Shown: in pieces, positions 48,127 through 57,962 of the stretch
Layout: each line of letters opens with the position of its first letter
Position numbering within the stretch: the stretch's first letter is position 1
From: an uncultured Poribacteria bacterium
GTDB lineage: Bacteria; Poribacteria; WGA-4E; WGA-3G
Direction of reading: 5' to 3'
Assembly: GCA_958296135.2 (NCBI GenBank)
Contig: CATQHZ020000001.1
Coordinates: 2,144,001 to 2,208,000, forward strand
Length of the DNA: 64,000 nt
Translations under genes and position numbers: made by a program
The notes under the pieces: model-generated
Databases searched by the model: none
Seen by the model: only the letters and a program-made list of their open reading frames with translations
Told to the model about the DNA's origin: nothing

Positions 48127-49824
48127 TTACGGAACCCGAATGTCTTCAACTAACGCTTGCACCTCGGCGGGTGGCGGCGGTGTGAGTGCAGACACGGCGA
48201 TGGAGACGATGAAGTTCAGCACCATCCCTAGCGTGCCGATTCCCTCCGGCGAAATACCCCACCACCAATGCGCAGGCGTATTATGCGCCGGATTGATGAA
48301 TTTGAAATAGACGATGTAAGCCGCCGTAAACGTAATGCCGACAATCATCCCGCTCACCGCGCCTGCCTTGTTCATCCGTTTGGAGAAGATGCCCATTACA
48401 ATAGCGGGGAAAAATGAACTCGCGGCGAGCCCAAAGGCGAATGCCACTACTTGCCCGACGAAGCCGGGCGGGTCCATCCCGAAATATCCGGCGATGCAGA
48501 CAGCGATGCCCGCGGCGATACGCGCCGCGCCTAATTCCTGTCTCTCACTCAACTCTGGCACGAGCGCGCCTTTGAGGAGATCGTGCGCGATAGCAGTGGA
48601 GATGACGAGCAGTAAACCGGCAGCCGTAGACAGTGCAGCCGCCAAACCGCCCGCGGCGACTAACCCGACTATCCAATTCGGCAGCTTTGCGATTTCTGGG
48701 TTTGCCAGCACTATGATGTCTCTGTCAATCGTGAGTTCATTTGGCACATCGGATTTCGGGCCGCGGTATTGAATTGCACCGTCGCCGTTTCTGTCTTCAA
48801 ACTTGATGAGCCCTGTCGCCTCCCAGTTCTTGAACCATTCCGGCACCTCCTCATATTTGACATCCATCATCTCTCCGTTCTGTTCAACCCTGACAGTTTT
48901 GAGTAGGTTCGTGCGGGCGAACACGGCGACTGCGGGGGCTGTCGTATAGAGAATCGCTATGAACAACAACGCCCATCCCGCAGAGATGCGCGCTTCGGAT
49001 GCCTTGCGCACCGTATAAAACCTGATGATAACGTGCGGCAGTCCCGCCGTGCCAAGCATCAACGCAGCTGTGATGAAAAAGACATCAATAGTGGATTTAG
49101 TCCCATCGGTGTATCGGTTAAAGCCGAGTTCTTCGTTGAGTCCGTTGAGTCTGTCAAGGAGATACATGCCGGAGCCATCGGCAACCTTCGCAACGAGTCC
49201 CATCTGCGGAATAACGTTGTCGGTGATAAGAATAGAGATGAAAATGGCAGGGACGAGATAGGCGAAGATAAGGACGCAGTATTGCGCCACTTGCGTGTAG
49301 GTAATGCCTTTCATTCCGCCGAGCACGGCGTAAAAGAAGACGATGCCCATACCGATGAAAACGCCGACATCGATGTTGACGTTCAGGAACCGGGAGAAGA
49401 CGATGCCGACACCGCGCATTTGTCCTGCGACGTAGGTAAATGAGACGAAGATGGCGCACACCACTGCGACAATCCGCGCCAATTGCGAATAATACCGGTC
49501 GCCGACGAAATCAGGCACTGTATACTTACCGAATTTTCGGAGATAGGGTGCGAGCAGCAGTGCCAGCAAGACGTAGCCGCCTGTCCACCCGAGCAGATAG
49601 ACGGAGCCGTCGCGTCCCATGAAGGCGATGAGGCCTGCCATGGAGATGAAGGAGGCGGCACTCATCCAATCGGCGGCGGTGGCCATGCCGTTGACGATGG
49701 GATGCACGTTGCTCCCGGCGACGTAGAAATCGCCTGTTGATTTCGCCTTGGACCAGATTGCCACGCCGATATACAGCGCGAAGGAGATGCCCACCATTAC
49801 GAAAGTCCATGCTTGCACGTTCAT
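48127..49824 (-). CDS. actP: Cation:acetate symporter (SSS family)
   Basis: NGMATAADWMSAASF, LRKFGKYTVPDF, GTAGLPHVIIRFYTV, AAALSTAAGLLL. Confidence 0.9.
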   Translation of the reverse strand: MNVQAWTFVMVGISFALYIGVAIWSKAKSTGDFYVAGSNVHPIVNGMATAADWMSAASFISMAGLIAFMGRDGSVYLLGWTGGYVLLALLLAPYLRKFGKYTVPDFVGDRYYSQLARIVAVVCAIFVSFTYVAGQMRGVGIVFSRFLNVNIDVGVFIGMGIVFFYAVLGGMKGITYTQVAQYCVLIFAYLVPAIFISILITDNVIPQMGLVAKVADGSGMYLLDRLNGLNEELGFNRYTDGTKSTIDVFFITAALMLGTAGLPHVIIRFYTVRKASEARISAGWALLFIAILYTTAPAVAVFARTNLLKTVRVEQNGEMMDVKYEEVPEWFKNWEATGLIKFEDRNGDGAIQYRGPKSDVPNELTIDRDIIVLANPEIAKLPNWIVGLVAAGGLAAALSTAAGLLLVISTAIAHDLLKGALVPELSERQELGAARIAAGIAVCIAGYFGMDPPGFVGQVVAFAFGLAASSFFPAIVMGIFSKRMNKAGAVSGMIVGITFTAAYIVYFKFINPAHNTPAHWWWGISPEGIGTLGMVLNFIVSIAVSALTPPPPAEVQALVEDIRVP

Positions 49825-50102
49825 GGTTGCGTTTCGCCCTCCGAGTCTTCAGTCGCCCGGTATTTTTTATCAAGCCGGTTCATCAGCATCGCGTAGACAA
49901 AGATGAGCTCCACAAAAATCCAGATGGATGCCTGTTGCGCGAAATAGAACCCGATGCGATAGCCTCCAAGTTGGAGCCGGTCGAGTTGCTCAACGAACAC
50001 GATGGAGCACAAGAACGACGTGACGAACCAGATGCCGAGTAAGATGGCGAGGTATTGCAGGTTTTTCCGCCAGTAAGCGCGGTTGCTATCCGATGTTTTC
50101 AT
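49821..50102 (-). CDS. DUF4212/DUF485 small partner of ActP
   Basis: AYWRKNL, GFYFAQQ, MNRLDKKY; overlaps actP start. Confidence 0.85.
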   Translation of the reverse strand: MKTSDSNRAYWRKNLQYLAILLGIWFVTSFLCSIVFVEQLDRLQLGGYRIGFYFAQQASIWIFVELIFVYAMLMNRLDKKYRATEDSEGETQP

Positions 50103-50224
50103 GCGGTGTTCTCCTCCGGCTTTTTTGACTTGCAAGGGATTCTATCAAAAAATAGGATTTTTGTCAAGGAAAATGTTTGCATAGGGCTGTGTAGCGCGAG
50201 GCCTGTCCCTCGCGCTCTTGGATG

Positions 50225-50830
50225 TTACCCTTTCTGTGCCACCATGCTGACGAGGATGCCGAGGATTTTATCACACTCGCGGATAGTGTAACTCGCCATA
50301 TCAATGGAGAGACACCCTTCCGTTAACTTCAGGAATTTCCACGCCAGGCCTGTTGTGCTTACGCCGTAAATCGTGGGAATGTCATTCCCTCTCTTAGCAT
50401 TAAAGCGTTGGGCGGCGAGCATCTCGGCGGTGCACTGCCCGAGGCCGAGCGTCATGTCATCCTTTTTCGCCTCCACAAGCGTAATGACAGGTGCCTGTAA
50501 CACATGTTGCACGGGTGACAGGCTCACTAAGAAGTCACACACACCGATCAAACCGTCATCGGCATCAATGCTGAAATCAATCCCGGAAAAGACGCTGATG
50601 CGCCAATCCAAGTGCTCTTGCAGCTCAAACAGCATCCCGGCGACAATCAGTTCTGATTTTGCCTTTTCGGTGTTGATAGCCGTCGCCAACCACACCTTTC
50701 TCTCCAGATCGGAGGTAAAATGCTCCCGCGGTGCAACCGGTTCTACTTCAGCGAAGAGCTCTTCGGAGTCAACGATGTCTAACTCAAACGTCTCAACGAC
50801 TTTTGCTAACGTAAAACTGCTGTCAGCCAT
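50225..50830 (-). CDS. Conserved ~200-aa PD-(D/E)xK-like protein, paralog B
   Basis: NTEKAKSELIV, GVCDF, VEAKK, GLGQC.AEMLAAQ. Confidence 0.75.
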   Translation of the reverse strand: MADSSFTLAKVVETFELDIVDSEELFAEVEPVAPREHFTSDLERKVWLATAINTEKAKSELIVAGMLFELQEHLDWRISVFSGIDFSIDADDGLIGVCDFLVSLSPVQHVLQAPVITLVEAKKDDMTLGLGQCTAEMLAAQRFNAKRGNDIPTIYGVSTTGLAWKFLKLTEGCLSIDMASYTIRECDKILGILVSMVAQKG

Positions 50831-50844
50831 CGAAAATTACCTCC

Positions 50845-51450
50845 TTACACTTTCTGCGCCACCATGCTGACAAGGATGCCGAGGATTTTATCGCACTCGC
50901 GGATAGTGTAACTCGCCACATCTATGTAGAGTCGCTTCTCCATCAATTTCAGGAATTTCCACGCCAGGCCTGTTGTGCTTACGCCGTAAACGGTGGGAAT
51001 GTCATTCCCTCTCTTGGCATTAAAGCGTTGGGCGGCGAGCATCTCGGCGGTGCACTGCCCGAGGCCCGAGAGAAAGTCGTCCCGCTTTGCCTCAACGAGC
51101 GCGATGATAGGTGCCTGTAACAGGTACTGCACGGGCGATAGGCTTACCAGAAAATCGCAGACACCTACCAAGCCGTCACTAGCATCAACGCTGAAGTCAA
51201 TCCCGGAAAAGAGGCTGATGCGCCGGTCGAACTGTTCGCGGAGCTCCACTAGCACCTCGGCAACAATCAGTTCCGACCGCGCCTTTTCCGTGTTGATCGC
51301 TTCCGCTAACTGCACCTTTCGCTCCAACGCCGTGTTGAGATGGGCCCCCAGTGCTATCGGTTCTACTTCAGCGAAGAGCTCTTCGGAGTCAACGATGTCT
51401 AACTCAAACGTCTCAACGACTTTTGCTAACGTAAAACTGCTGTCAGCCAT
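50845..51450 (-). CDS. Conserved ~200-aa PD-(D/E)xK-like protein, paralog A
   Basis: First 31 aa identical to paralog B; same motifs; AAGGAGG RBS. Confidence 0.75.
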   Translation of the reverse strand: MADSSFTLAKVVETFELDIVDSEELFAEVEPIALGAHLNTALERKVQLAEAINTEKARSELIVAEVLVELREQFDRRISLFSGIDFSVDASDGLVGVCDFLVSLSPVQYLLQAPIIALVEAKRDDFLSGLGQCTAEMLAAQRFNAKRGNDIPTVYGVSTTGLAWKFLKLMEKRLYIDVASYTIRECDKILGILVSMVAQKV

Positions 51451-51956
51451 GGGAAATTACCTCCTTGGATCAGGGCGATTCAGTTTTCGCTGCCGCAATT
51501 GAAAATTGGCAAATGTCTCCGCCCGCGTAGGGTAAGATCGCCCGATTATGACCTGTTTGCGATGGGGACATTGCGCGTAGCGCAACTTCGCCCGCAAACG
51601 ACAGAAAAGGGACAATTAAATGCCTCTATCCCTAGATGAAATTGAAAAGAGGGTTGCACATTACCTTTAATTATGCCATATTTCGGATGCATTTGCAACA
51701 CTTTTAGCAAAGTCATTTAGTTATTCCGTTTCTGTCGTTTGAATTGGCATGAAAAATAAAAAATAAAGGGTCATTTTTGCCGCTGGAAACGGGTGGATAT
51801 AGAAATCCGCCCTTACAGTTGCCGAGCGCGCACGCGTCCCGAAAATAATCTCCTTAATTACTGAAACTTCATCCTGATCTTGAACAAGTCAGGATCGGGC
51901 GAGCTTGTCCTATGAAGGGACGCGACAATGTGAAAACAGAATCGTCCTAGCATATT

Positions 51957-51994
51957 AAAAAAAGCAGGGTATCCGAAATACATCGGAACCCTGC
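51957..51994 (-). terminator. Rho-independent terminator after the cohesin/dockerin gene
   Basis: gcagggt.tccga/tcgga.accctgc stem followed by a T-run on the minus strand. Confidence 0.7.
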
Positions 51995-52032
51995 CTGAAA
52001 CGAAAGTCGTTTACTCCTGAAACGAAAGTCGT

Positions 52033-53397
52033 TTACTTACGTACCAGCATTTTCCTCGTTGCGGTAAAACCGCCAGCGGTGAGTGTGTAGAAATAGACAC
52101 CACTCGCGACAGGTTCACGTTGTTCATTTCGGCCATCCCAATATGCTGCATGATGCCGGTCATGATAGATTCCAACCGGCTGATGCCCTAATGCCAGTGT
52201 CCGAATGAGTCTTCCGTTCGCAGCATAGATGCGCAACGTTACATTTGCTGCTTGGGCCAACTGATAGGGTATCCACGTTTCCGGGTTGAATGGGTTTGGA
52301 TAGTTTGGCAAAAGTGCCGTCGCTTTCGGAGTCAAGGCTACGAGGAGTTGCTGCAATTTCGAGATGCCACGCCGATAGATAGGATGGGCCATGTCAAGTT
52401 GCTGCGCTTGGATGAGCCATTGTTGAACGTCAGATCTGGCTGGCGCGCCAGCGGCATTGCCCAACGCCCTCGCAACTAAGACGAGATCAGCGATGTTGAC
52501 AGAACCGTCCTCGTTCACATCCGCAGCATGTTCACCGCGTAATCCGAACCATGAAGCGACTAGCACCAAATCCTGAATGTTCACCACACCGTCGCGGTTC
52601 ACATCTCCGGTAATTCCTGGTTCTTCTACCACCGCTGCACTCTCAACGCGAGGACGCGATACTGCGCCTGCACTGTCAGACAGGACTACGTCGGACAACC
52701 TCAAAATTGAAGGGTTGTAAGAAATGCTGACGAATGTGATGCTTGCAAGAGTCCCATCACCGTTGTTTTCCCCGGTTAGCGACGTTGCAGCAAACGTCAC
52801 GTCACCATCTGAAACAACCGGCGGCACAATAAATGGGTTGCCGGGCAAATAGTCTTCGTTCCTTATTGAGACAAAGCGGAGAGCGTCAGGGTCAAAACTC
52901 AAGGTGAATTGATACCCTGCAACGTTTTCACCACCGGCAATATCAATGTTGAACGTCAATTGTTCGCCTACGGCCGGGACACTGACTGATGCCGGAACCA
53001 GTCTCACAATTATGCTTGAGTGAACACCCAGTAGACTGGGAGCGGCAAACGCGCGTCCACTTTGCACTCCAAGCACAGCGGGTTCCGCCGACGTTTCTCT
53101 CCAGCCAGGACGTTTTTTGAGGTTCCGCAGCTCTTTGGCGGCGGTAAACCATCTTGTCCGGGGGATGCCTAGGGTGTTTTTCCGCGGGTTGAGAATCAGT
53201 ACTGTATCGTCCTCAAAGCCAAATCTGCCGCGGTTTTTCGCCCTGTCATGCGCACCCCGCGCCTGTCCATCATCAACGGAACTTCCCGCGCCTGCGTTTA
53301 ACAACCACGCGTAGATTGGGCCGTGAGCCTCCAATGCCATCACTTGCGGGACTATCGTCAGGAGACTCAGTATGAAAAGGGTTAGAAGTCTCGTCAT
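52033..53397 (-). CDS. Secreted cohesin + dockerin + FlgD-Ig (T9SS-CTD-like) protein
   Basis: NVAGYQFTLSFDP, GDGTLA (cohesin); GDVNRDGVVNIQDL, DVNEDGSVNIADL (dockerin); NYPNPFNPET, WDGRN, SGVYFY. Confidence 0.85.
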   Translation of the reverse strand: MTRLLTLFILSLLTIVPQVMALEAHGPIYAWLLNAGAGSSVDDGQARGAHDRAKNRGRFGFEDDTVLILNPRKNTLGIPRTRWFTAAKELRNLKKRPGWRETSAEPAVLGVQSGRAFAAPSLLGVHSSIIVRLVPASVSVPAVGEQLTFNIDIAGGENVAGYQFTLSFDPDALRFVSIRNEDYLPGNPFIVPPVVSDGDVTFAATSLTGENNGDGTLASITFVSISYNPSILRLSDVVLSDSAGAVSRPRVESAAVVEEPGITGDVNRDGVVNIQDLVLVASWFGLRGEHAADVNEDGSVNIADLVLVARALGNAAGAPARSDVQQWLIQAQQLDMAHPIYRRGISKLQQLLVALTPKATALLPNYPNPFNPETWIPYQLAQAANVTLRIYAANGRLIRTLALGHQPVGIYHDRHHAAYWDGRNEQREPVASGVYFYTLTAGGFTATRKMLVRK

Positions 53398-53995
53398 TAA
53401 AATTTCTCCTTTTTAGCCCTTCTGGGCGTTATTTTTTGCCGAAGCAAAAAGGAAATGCTAACAAAAACGGACGCGGCTAAACGCTGCGTCTCAACGAAAA
53501 TAGCCCGCACGCGCTCGCCATAAATAGCAGAGCACGTGCGGGCACGAAAACAGAACGACGAAAAAAAGTCGCTGTTCCGCAAAGAAAGTAGAACCTATTC
53601 GTCGGGTTCGTATGCGGATTATACTTAACGTTTGTGCGATAGCGGGGGGGGGGTAAACCTTAAATTATCGGCGGACAACCGGTAACCTTTGTGAGCGCGA
53701 CAAGAGTCCCCAGCCCTACACTTCGCGTGCATTCCGTGGTTAGTCCCTTGTTCTTGAATTGTGACGTTCACAAGCCGGTTCTCCATTGGCGTTACCCGTT
53801 AAAGTGGATTTCTGTCGGTCTGCAATGGTGTGATGCTTCAATGCAACACCATGCTGTTACGTAATGATACAGTAATTCCAAAACACAATGCAAGTTTTTT
53901 GCGATGAAAACGAGCATCGGTTCAAGAATACCATAAAATGCATTTCGCGGTCAAGATTTTTTCAGGAAAATAATGAGCTGAATATAGAATTCCCA

Positions 53996-54583
53996 CTAAT
54001 AATTTTCAGGAAACATCAACCGTTCCACGTTCTCAATCAAAATGTGCAACACCTTCATGTGGATTTCCTGAATCCGGTCTGCCGTGTCGCCGGGTGCGAT
54101 GAGGAAAATATCGCAGAGATGCTTTAGTTCACCGCCATCTCTGCCGAGCAGTCCGAATACTTTCATCCGGCGCGATTTTGCCGCTTCCGCCGCGCGCACG
54201 ACGTTGGCAGAATTCCCACTGGTAGAAATCGCCACGAGTAGATCGCCGGGGTGCCCGAGTGCTTCTATCGGCCGCGCGAAGATTTCCGCGAACCCGAAAT
54301 CGTTCGCCGTGCAGGTGATATGGCCCGCATCGCTGAGCGCAATGGCAGGCAAAGGGCGACGAGCCGCTCGGAATCTTCCAGTGCATTCTTCGGCGAAATG
54401 GATGGCATCGCATAAACTGCCGCCGTTCCCGCACGTGAAGATTCTGCCGTGCCGCTCAAAAACGTCGCGCATCAGTGCCGCTGTCTCGGCGAGCGTCGCG
54501 ACGTTTTCGGGGTTTTGGATGAACTGGGCAAGCGCGTCTTGTGCTTCTAACAGCGCAAGACGAATGCTATCTGAAATGTCCAT
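53996..54583 (-). CDS. gmhA: Phosphoheptose isomerase
   Basis: CGNGGS, NDFGF, ISTSGNS, RIQEIH. Confidence 0.93.
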   Translation of the reverse strand: MDISDSIRLALLEAQDALAQFIQNPENVATLAETAALMRDVFERHGRIFTCGNGGSLCDAIHFAEECTGRFRAARRPLPAIALSDAGHITCTANDFGFAEIFARPIEALGHPGDLLVAISTSGNSANVVRAAEAAKSRRMKVFGLLGRDGGELKHLCDIFLIAPGDTADRIQEIHMKVLHILIENVERLMFPENY

Positions 54584-54595
54584 GAGCGTTCCTTA

Positions 54596-56353
54596 TTAAA
54601 TCCGGAAAATCTCCCCTAACTTCCCGCCAAGCACTTTGCCTGCACCGAGTAGACATGCAATCAAAATAAGCATTCCTACAACCCCTAACGCGCTCGCGGT
54701 ATATGCACCGTGGTCTGGACGCTGCGAGAGCGACCAGATTGCTTTGGTAATCGGATAGTGCTGGTCCCGCATGGCCAAAATCAGGCTATCGCTCACCTCT
54801 AGCATGGAAAACGAGAAGACTAGGATTGCCCCGGCGAGGATATTGGCGATAACCAAAGGCAACGTGATTTTATACAACGTTCGCATCGGTGTCGCGCCCA
54901 TGTTCTGCGATGCCTCTTCGTAGGTGACGCTCGTCTGCTGGAGGCCGGCATAGATGGAGCGCAACATGTAGGGCAATCGCCGCACGGAATAACTGATAAT
55001 CAGCAGGAACGTCGGATTCTGCCTCGGGTCTAGCACGGAAACGATGCCATCGGGCAAGTGCCGCAGGAGCAGCGTTGTATCCGCGAAACTGCCGAGGTAG
55101 CCGAACGCAATCGCAACGCCGGGCAACGCTAACGGCAACATCGCCACGGCATCCAGCAGGTTTTGAAACGGGACGCGTTTGCGCGTCAAAAGATATGAAA
55201 CCACAACCCCGACGAGCATAGCGAGCAGCGTGCTGAAGATGCTATACTTCAGGCTGTTGAGGATACTCGGTAGCGTATCCGAATGTGTGAACGTTTCAAC
55301 GTAGTGCGCGAATGTCCACGATTGCGGCAGCACGCTCAACCGCCACTGGCTTGAATCCGGCGTTAACGAAACCAAGATGACGCTGATATGCGGCAGCAGG
55401 GCCATAAGCGTCAACCCGCCGATAAAGAGGTAGATGATACTGCGCATTCCCCAATTCGCATCCGTTTCACGCGAGGAGACATGCCCGCGCCCAAGCATCT
55501 CGTAGTGCTTACTGCCGGTCCAACGTTTAGAGACGTAAAACGCGAGTGCCGTCAGCACGATAATCAACACGACGAGTGCGTATCCCATCGGATTCGCGTT
55601 CGCCTCGGTGACTTGGCGGAAGATGCGCACCGCGATAACTTCGTTATAGTCAAAGATGAGCGGTGTCCCGAGGTCTGTGAATGCCCAGATAAAGACGAGA
55701 ATCGCCCCTGCGAAATAGCCGGGCATCATCAACGGCAAGGTTATTCGCCGAAAGACTTGGAACCGCGACGCGCCCATGTTCTCCGCTGCCTCCTCTAAAC
55801 TCGGGTCAACGTTCGCGAGGGCCGCCACGATGTTCAGATACATGATCGGATAGAGGTGCAGCGTTGACAAAAGCACGACACCCCAGAAACCGCCGCCGAA
55901 CCAGTCGATAGTCTCGGTAATGTCGATTAGCTTCAGTTTGACGAGGAGCATATTGACACTGCCGTATAATCCAAAGAATTGTTTCATGCCGATTGCCCCG
56001 ACGAACGGCGGCATAATCATCGGAATCAAGATGACAGAGCGTAACATATCGCGCCCCGGATACCGGTAGCGCGTCAAAAAATACGCCAGCGGCAGGCTCA
56101 CAATGCTCGTGATTAGCGTTACCATTACTCCGATTTTGAAACTGTTGACGACGAGCGTGCGGATGCTCGGGTCTGTCACCATCAGTTTGAAATACGTCAG
56201 GTTGAAAGTATTCTCTATCCAGAACGCCTCTTTGAAAACGTAGAGGAGCGGGTAGATAAGGAACACCACGAAGAACAGCGTCGTCAGCACGAGGATGAGG
56301 CTAATCGATGGAGTTAAATCGTATCTGTTTCGCATTTTTGTTGTTTCTAGCAA
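54596..56353 (-). CDS. FbpB-type ABC transporter permease (iron/thiamine class)
   Basis: Two EAA loops (SLEEAAENMGA; YEEASQNMGA), PMIMPPFVGA. Confidence 0.9.
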   Translation of the reverse strand: MLETTKMRNRYDLTPSISLILVLTTLFFVVFLIYPLLYVFKEAFWIENTFNLTYFKLMVTDPSIRTLVVNSFKIGVMVTLITSIVSLPLAYFLTRYRYPGRDMLRSVILIPMIMPPFVGAIGMKQFFGLYGSVNMLLVKLKLIDITETIDWFGGGFWGVVLLSTLHLYPIMYLNIVAALANVDPSLEEAAENMGASRFQVFRRITLPLMMPGYFAGAILVFIWAFTDLGTPLIFDYNEVIAVRIFRQVTEANANPMGYALVVLIIVLTALAFYVSKRWTGSKHYEMLGRGHVSSRETDANWGMRSIIYLFIGGLTLMALLPHISVILVSLTPDSSQWRLSVLPQSWTFAHYVETFTHSDTLPSILNSLKYSIFSTLLAMLVGVVVSYLLTRKRVPFQNLLDAVAMLPLALPGVAIAFGYLGSFADTTLLLRHLPDGIVSVLDPRQNPTFLLIISYSVRRLPYMLRSIYAGLQQTSVTYEEASQNMGATPMRTLYKITLPLVIANILAGAILVFSFSMLEVSDSLILAMRDQHYPITKAIWSLSQRPDHGAYTASALGVVGMLILIACLLGAGKVLGGKLGEIFRI

Positions 56354-56620
56354 TGGTTTGGCTTTTCGTTGGCTTATCAGGCCGTCTGGACGTTGTCAAG
56401 ACTTGCATGTTACGGCAAAAACGTGCTTTAATGCATTATACCTTATATTCGCGCAAAATTGCACCTCTTTTTTCTTGACAGATACTTGCGATTCATGCGA
56501 TAATTAATGGCGTGCCCTGATTGTAAGGGCAGATTGCTATATCTGCCCATCCACGTTTGTTACAAACAGGCGGATACGGACATCCGCCGTTACGGTTCGT
56601 CCGTCAAACAGCATCACACT

Positions 56621-57766
56621 ATGGCAACAGTCAAACTCGAAAACGTCACAAAACGCTTCGGCGAACTCATCGCCCTAGATAACATCACATTTGATGTCCA
56701 CGACCGGGAGTTCTTCGTCCTCCTTGGACAAACAGGCGCGGGGAAGACGACGACGCTCCGCTGCATCGCAGGGCTGGATAAACCCGAAGAAGGCGAAATC
56801 TATCTGGACGATGTCTCTGTCAACGATAAAACGCCAGCGGCGCGCGATGTCGCCTTTGTTTTTCAATCGCACATTCTCTATCCGCACCTCACCGTCTACG
56901 ATAACATGGCGTTCCCGTTGCATCCGCGGAAACTACCGCCTGAGGAGATCGACCGGCGCGTCAAGGATATCGCACAAATGCTACATATTGAGCATCTCCT
57001 CAGACGGATGCCGAGTCAATTGAGCGGCGGCGAAACGCAGCGCGTCGGGCTCGGTAGAGCCATGGTGCGCCGGCCGCAAGTGTTTCTCATGGATGAACCT
57101 ATCTCTAATCTCGATGCGAAACTGCGCACCGAAATGCGCGCTGAAATCCGGTGGCGGCAGCGTGAACTCGGAACAACAACGTTCTACGTCACGCACGATC
57201 AGATTGAAGCAATGTCAATGGCAGACCGGATTGCAGTGTTGGAAGCAGGAAAAATCCAACAGTTGGGGACACCCTCGGATATCTACAATCATCCGGTGAA
57301 CCTGTTTGTCGCCGGTTTCATCGGCAGCCCAAGCATGAATTGCATCCCGTGTGAATTCTCGCGTGCCAACGGCAAGTTGCAGTTCACGCTAGGCGCGGGG
57401 TTACAAACCTCGTCTATGGATAATTCTGGGCGCACTATCGCAATTGAGGATGCCGACATTGCTAAAACCATCGGAGCTATTGCTGGAAACAGCGACGTTA
57501 TTTTCGGCGCGCACCCAGAAGATGTCCTCGTCAGCCATCAACCGATGCCGAACGCGTGCCAGGCGGAAGTTTACAGTGTTGAACCACTCGGCGCAGAGAC
57601 AATAGTCGAGTTGACGCTCGGCACGGACGCGGCCGGCGCGCATACGATTGTCAAATCACGCACCGCTCCTAACTTTGAGGCCCGAATCGGGGAGCACCTC
57701 TCTGTTATGTTTGTTGCGGAACGCATCCATTTCTTTGACAAAACGACAGGCGAGGCACTCTTATGA
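56621..57766 (+). CDS. MalK-type ABC transporter ATP-binding protein
   Basis: GQTGAGKT, LSGGE, MDEP, YVTHDQ, TOBE-type C-terminus. Confidence 0.92.
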   Translation: MATVKLENVTKRFGELIALDNITFDVHDREFFVLLGQTGAGKTTTLRCIAGLDKPEEGEIYLDDVSVNDKTPAARDVAFVFQSHILYPHLTVYDNMAFPLHPRKLPPEEIDRRVKDIAQMLHIEHLLRRMPSQLSGGETQRVGLGRAMVRRPQVFLMDEPISNLDAKLRTEMRAEIRWRQRELGTTTFYVTHDQIEAMSMADRIAVLEAGKIQQLGTPSDIYNHPVNLFVAGFIGSPSMNCIPCEFSRANGKLQFTLGAGLQTSSMDNSGRTIAIEDADIAKTIGAIAGNSDVIFGAHPEDVLVSHQPMPNACQAEVYSVEPLGAETIVELTLGTDAAGAHTIVKSRTAPNFEARIGEHLSVMFVAERIHFFDKTTGEALL

Positions 57767-57880
57767 ATTGGCGGCTGAAACTTTTCAATCTCATCCCCAA
57801 GTTTGTCAAGCGCATCGGATGCACGCTGCTCCGCAAACTCGGCTACGAACCTGATGTCTGGCTAGAAAATTTTCTCAAAA

Positions 57881-57951
57881 AACACCGGTAGGAGGGCCCT
57901 CCCGGTCCCGAAAGGAGCAACCGGTAGGAAAGCCCTCCCTGTCCCGAAAGG
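57881..57951. repeat. Two GTAG REP-like units
   Basis: accggtagga(gg/aa)gccctccc(g/c)..gtcccgaaagga occurs twice. Confidence 0.7.
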
Positions 57952-57962
57952 AGACACAAAAC

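Noticed and set aside
53690-53860. Riboswitch upstream of the cohesin gene
   Set aside because: A hairpin is present but I could not match any known aptamer consensus by eye; needs an Rfam scan
56507-56620. CxxC-containing N-terminal extension of the ABC ATPase
   Set aside because: Made of two GTAA-type palindromes; canonical start is MATVKLENV at 56621
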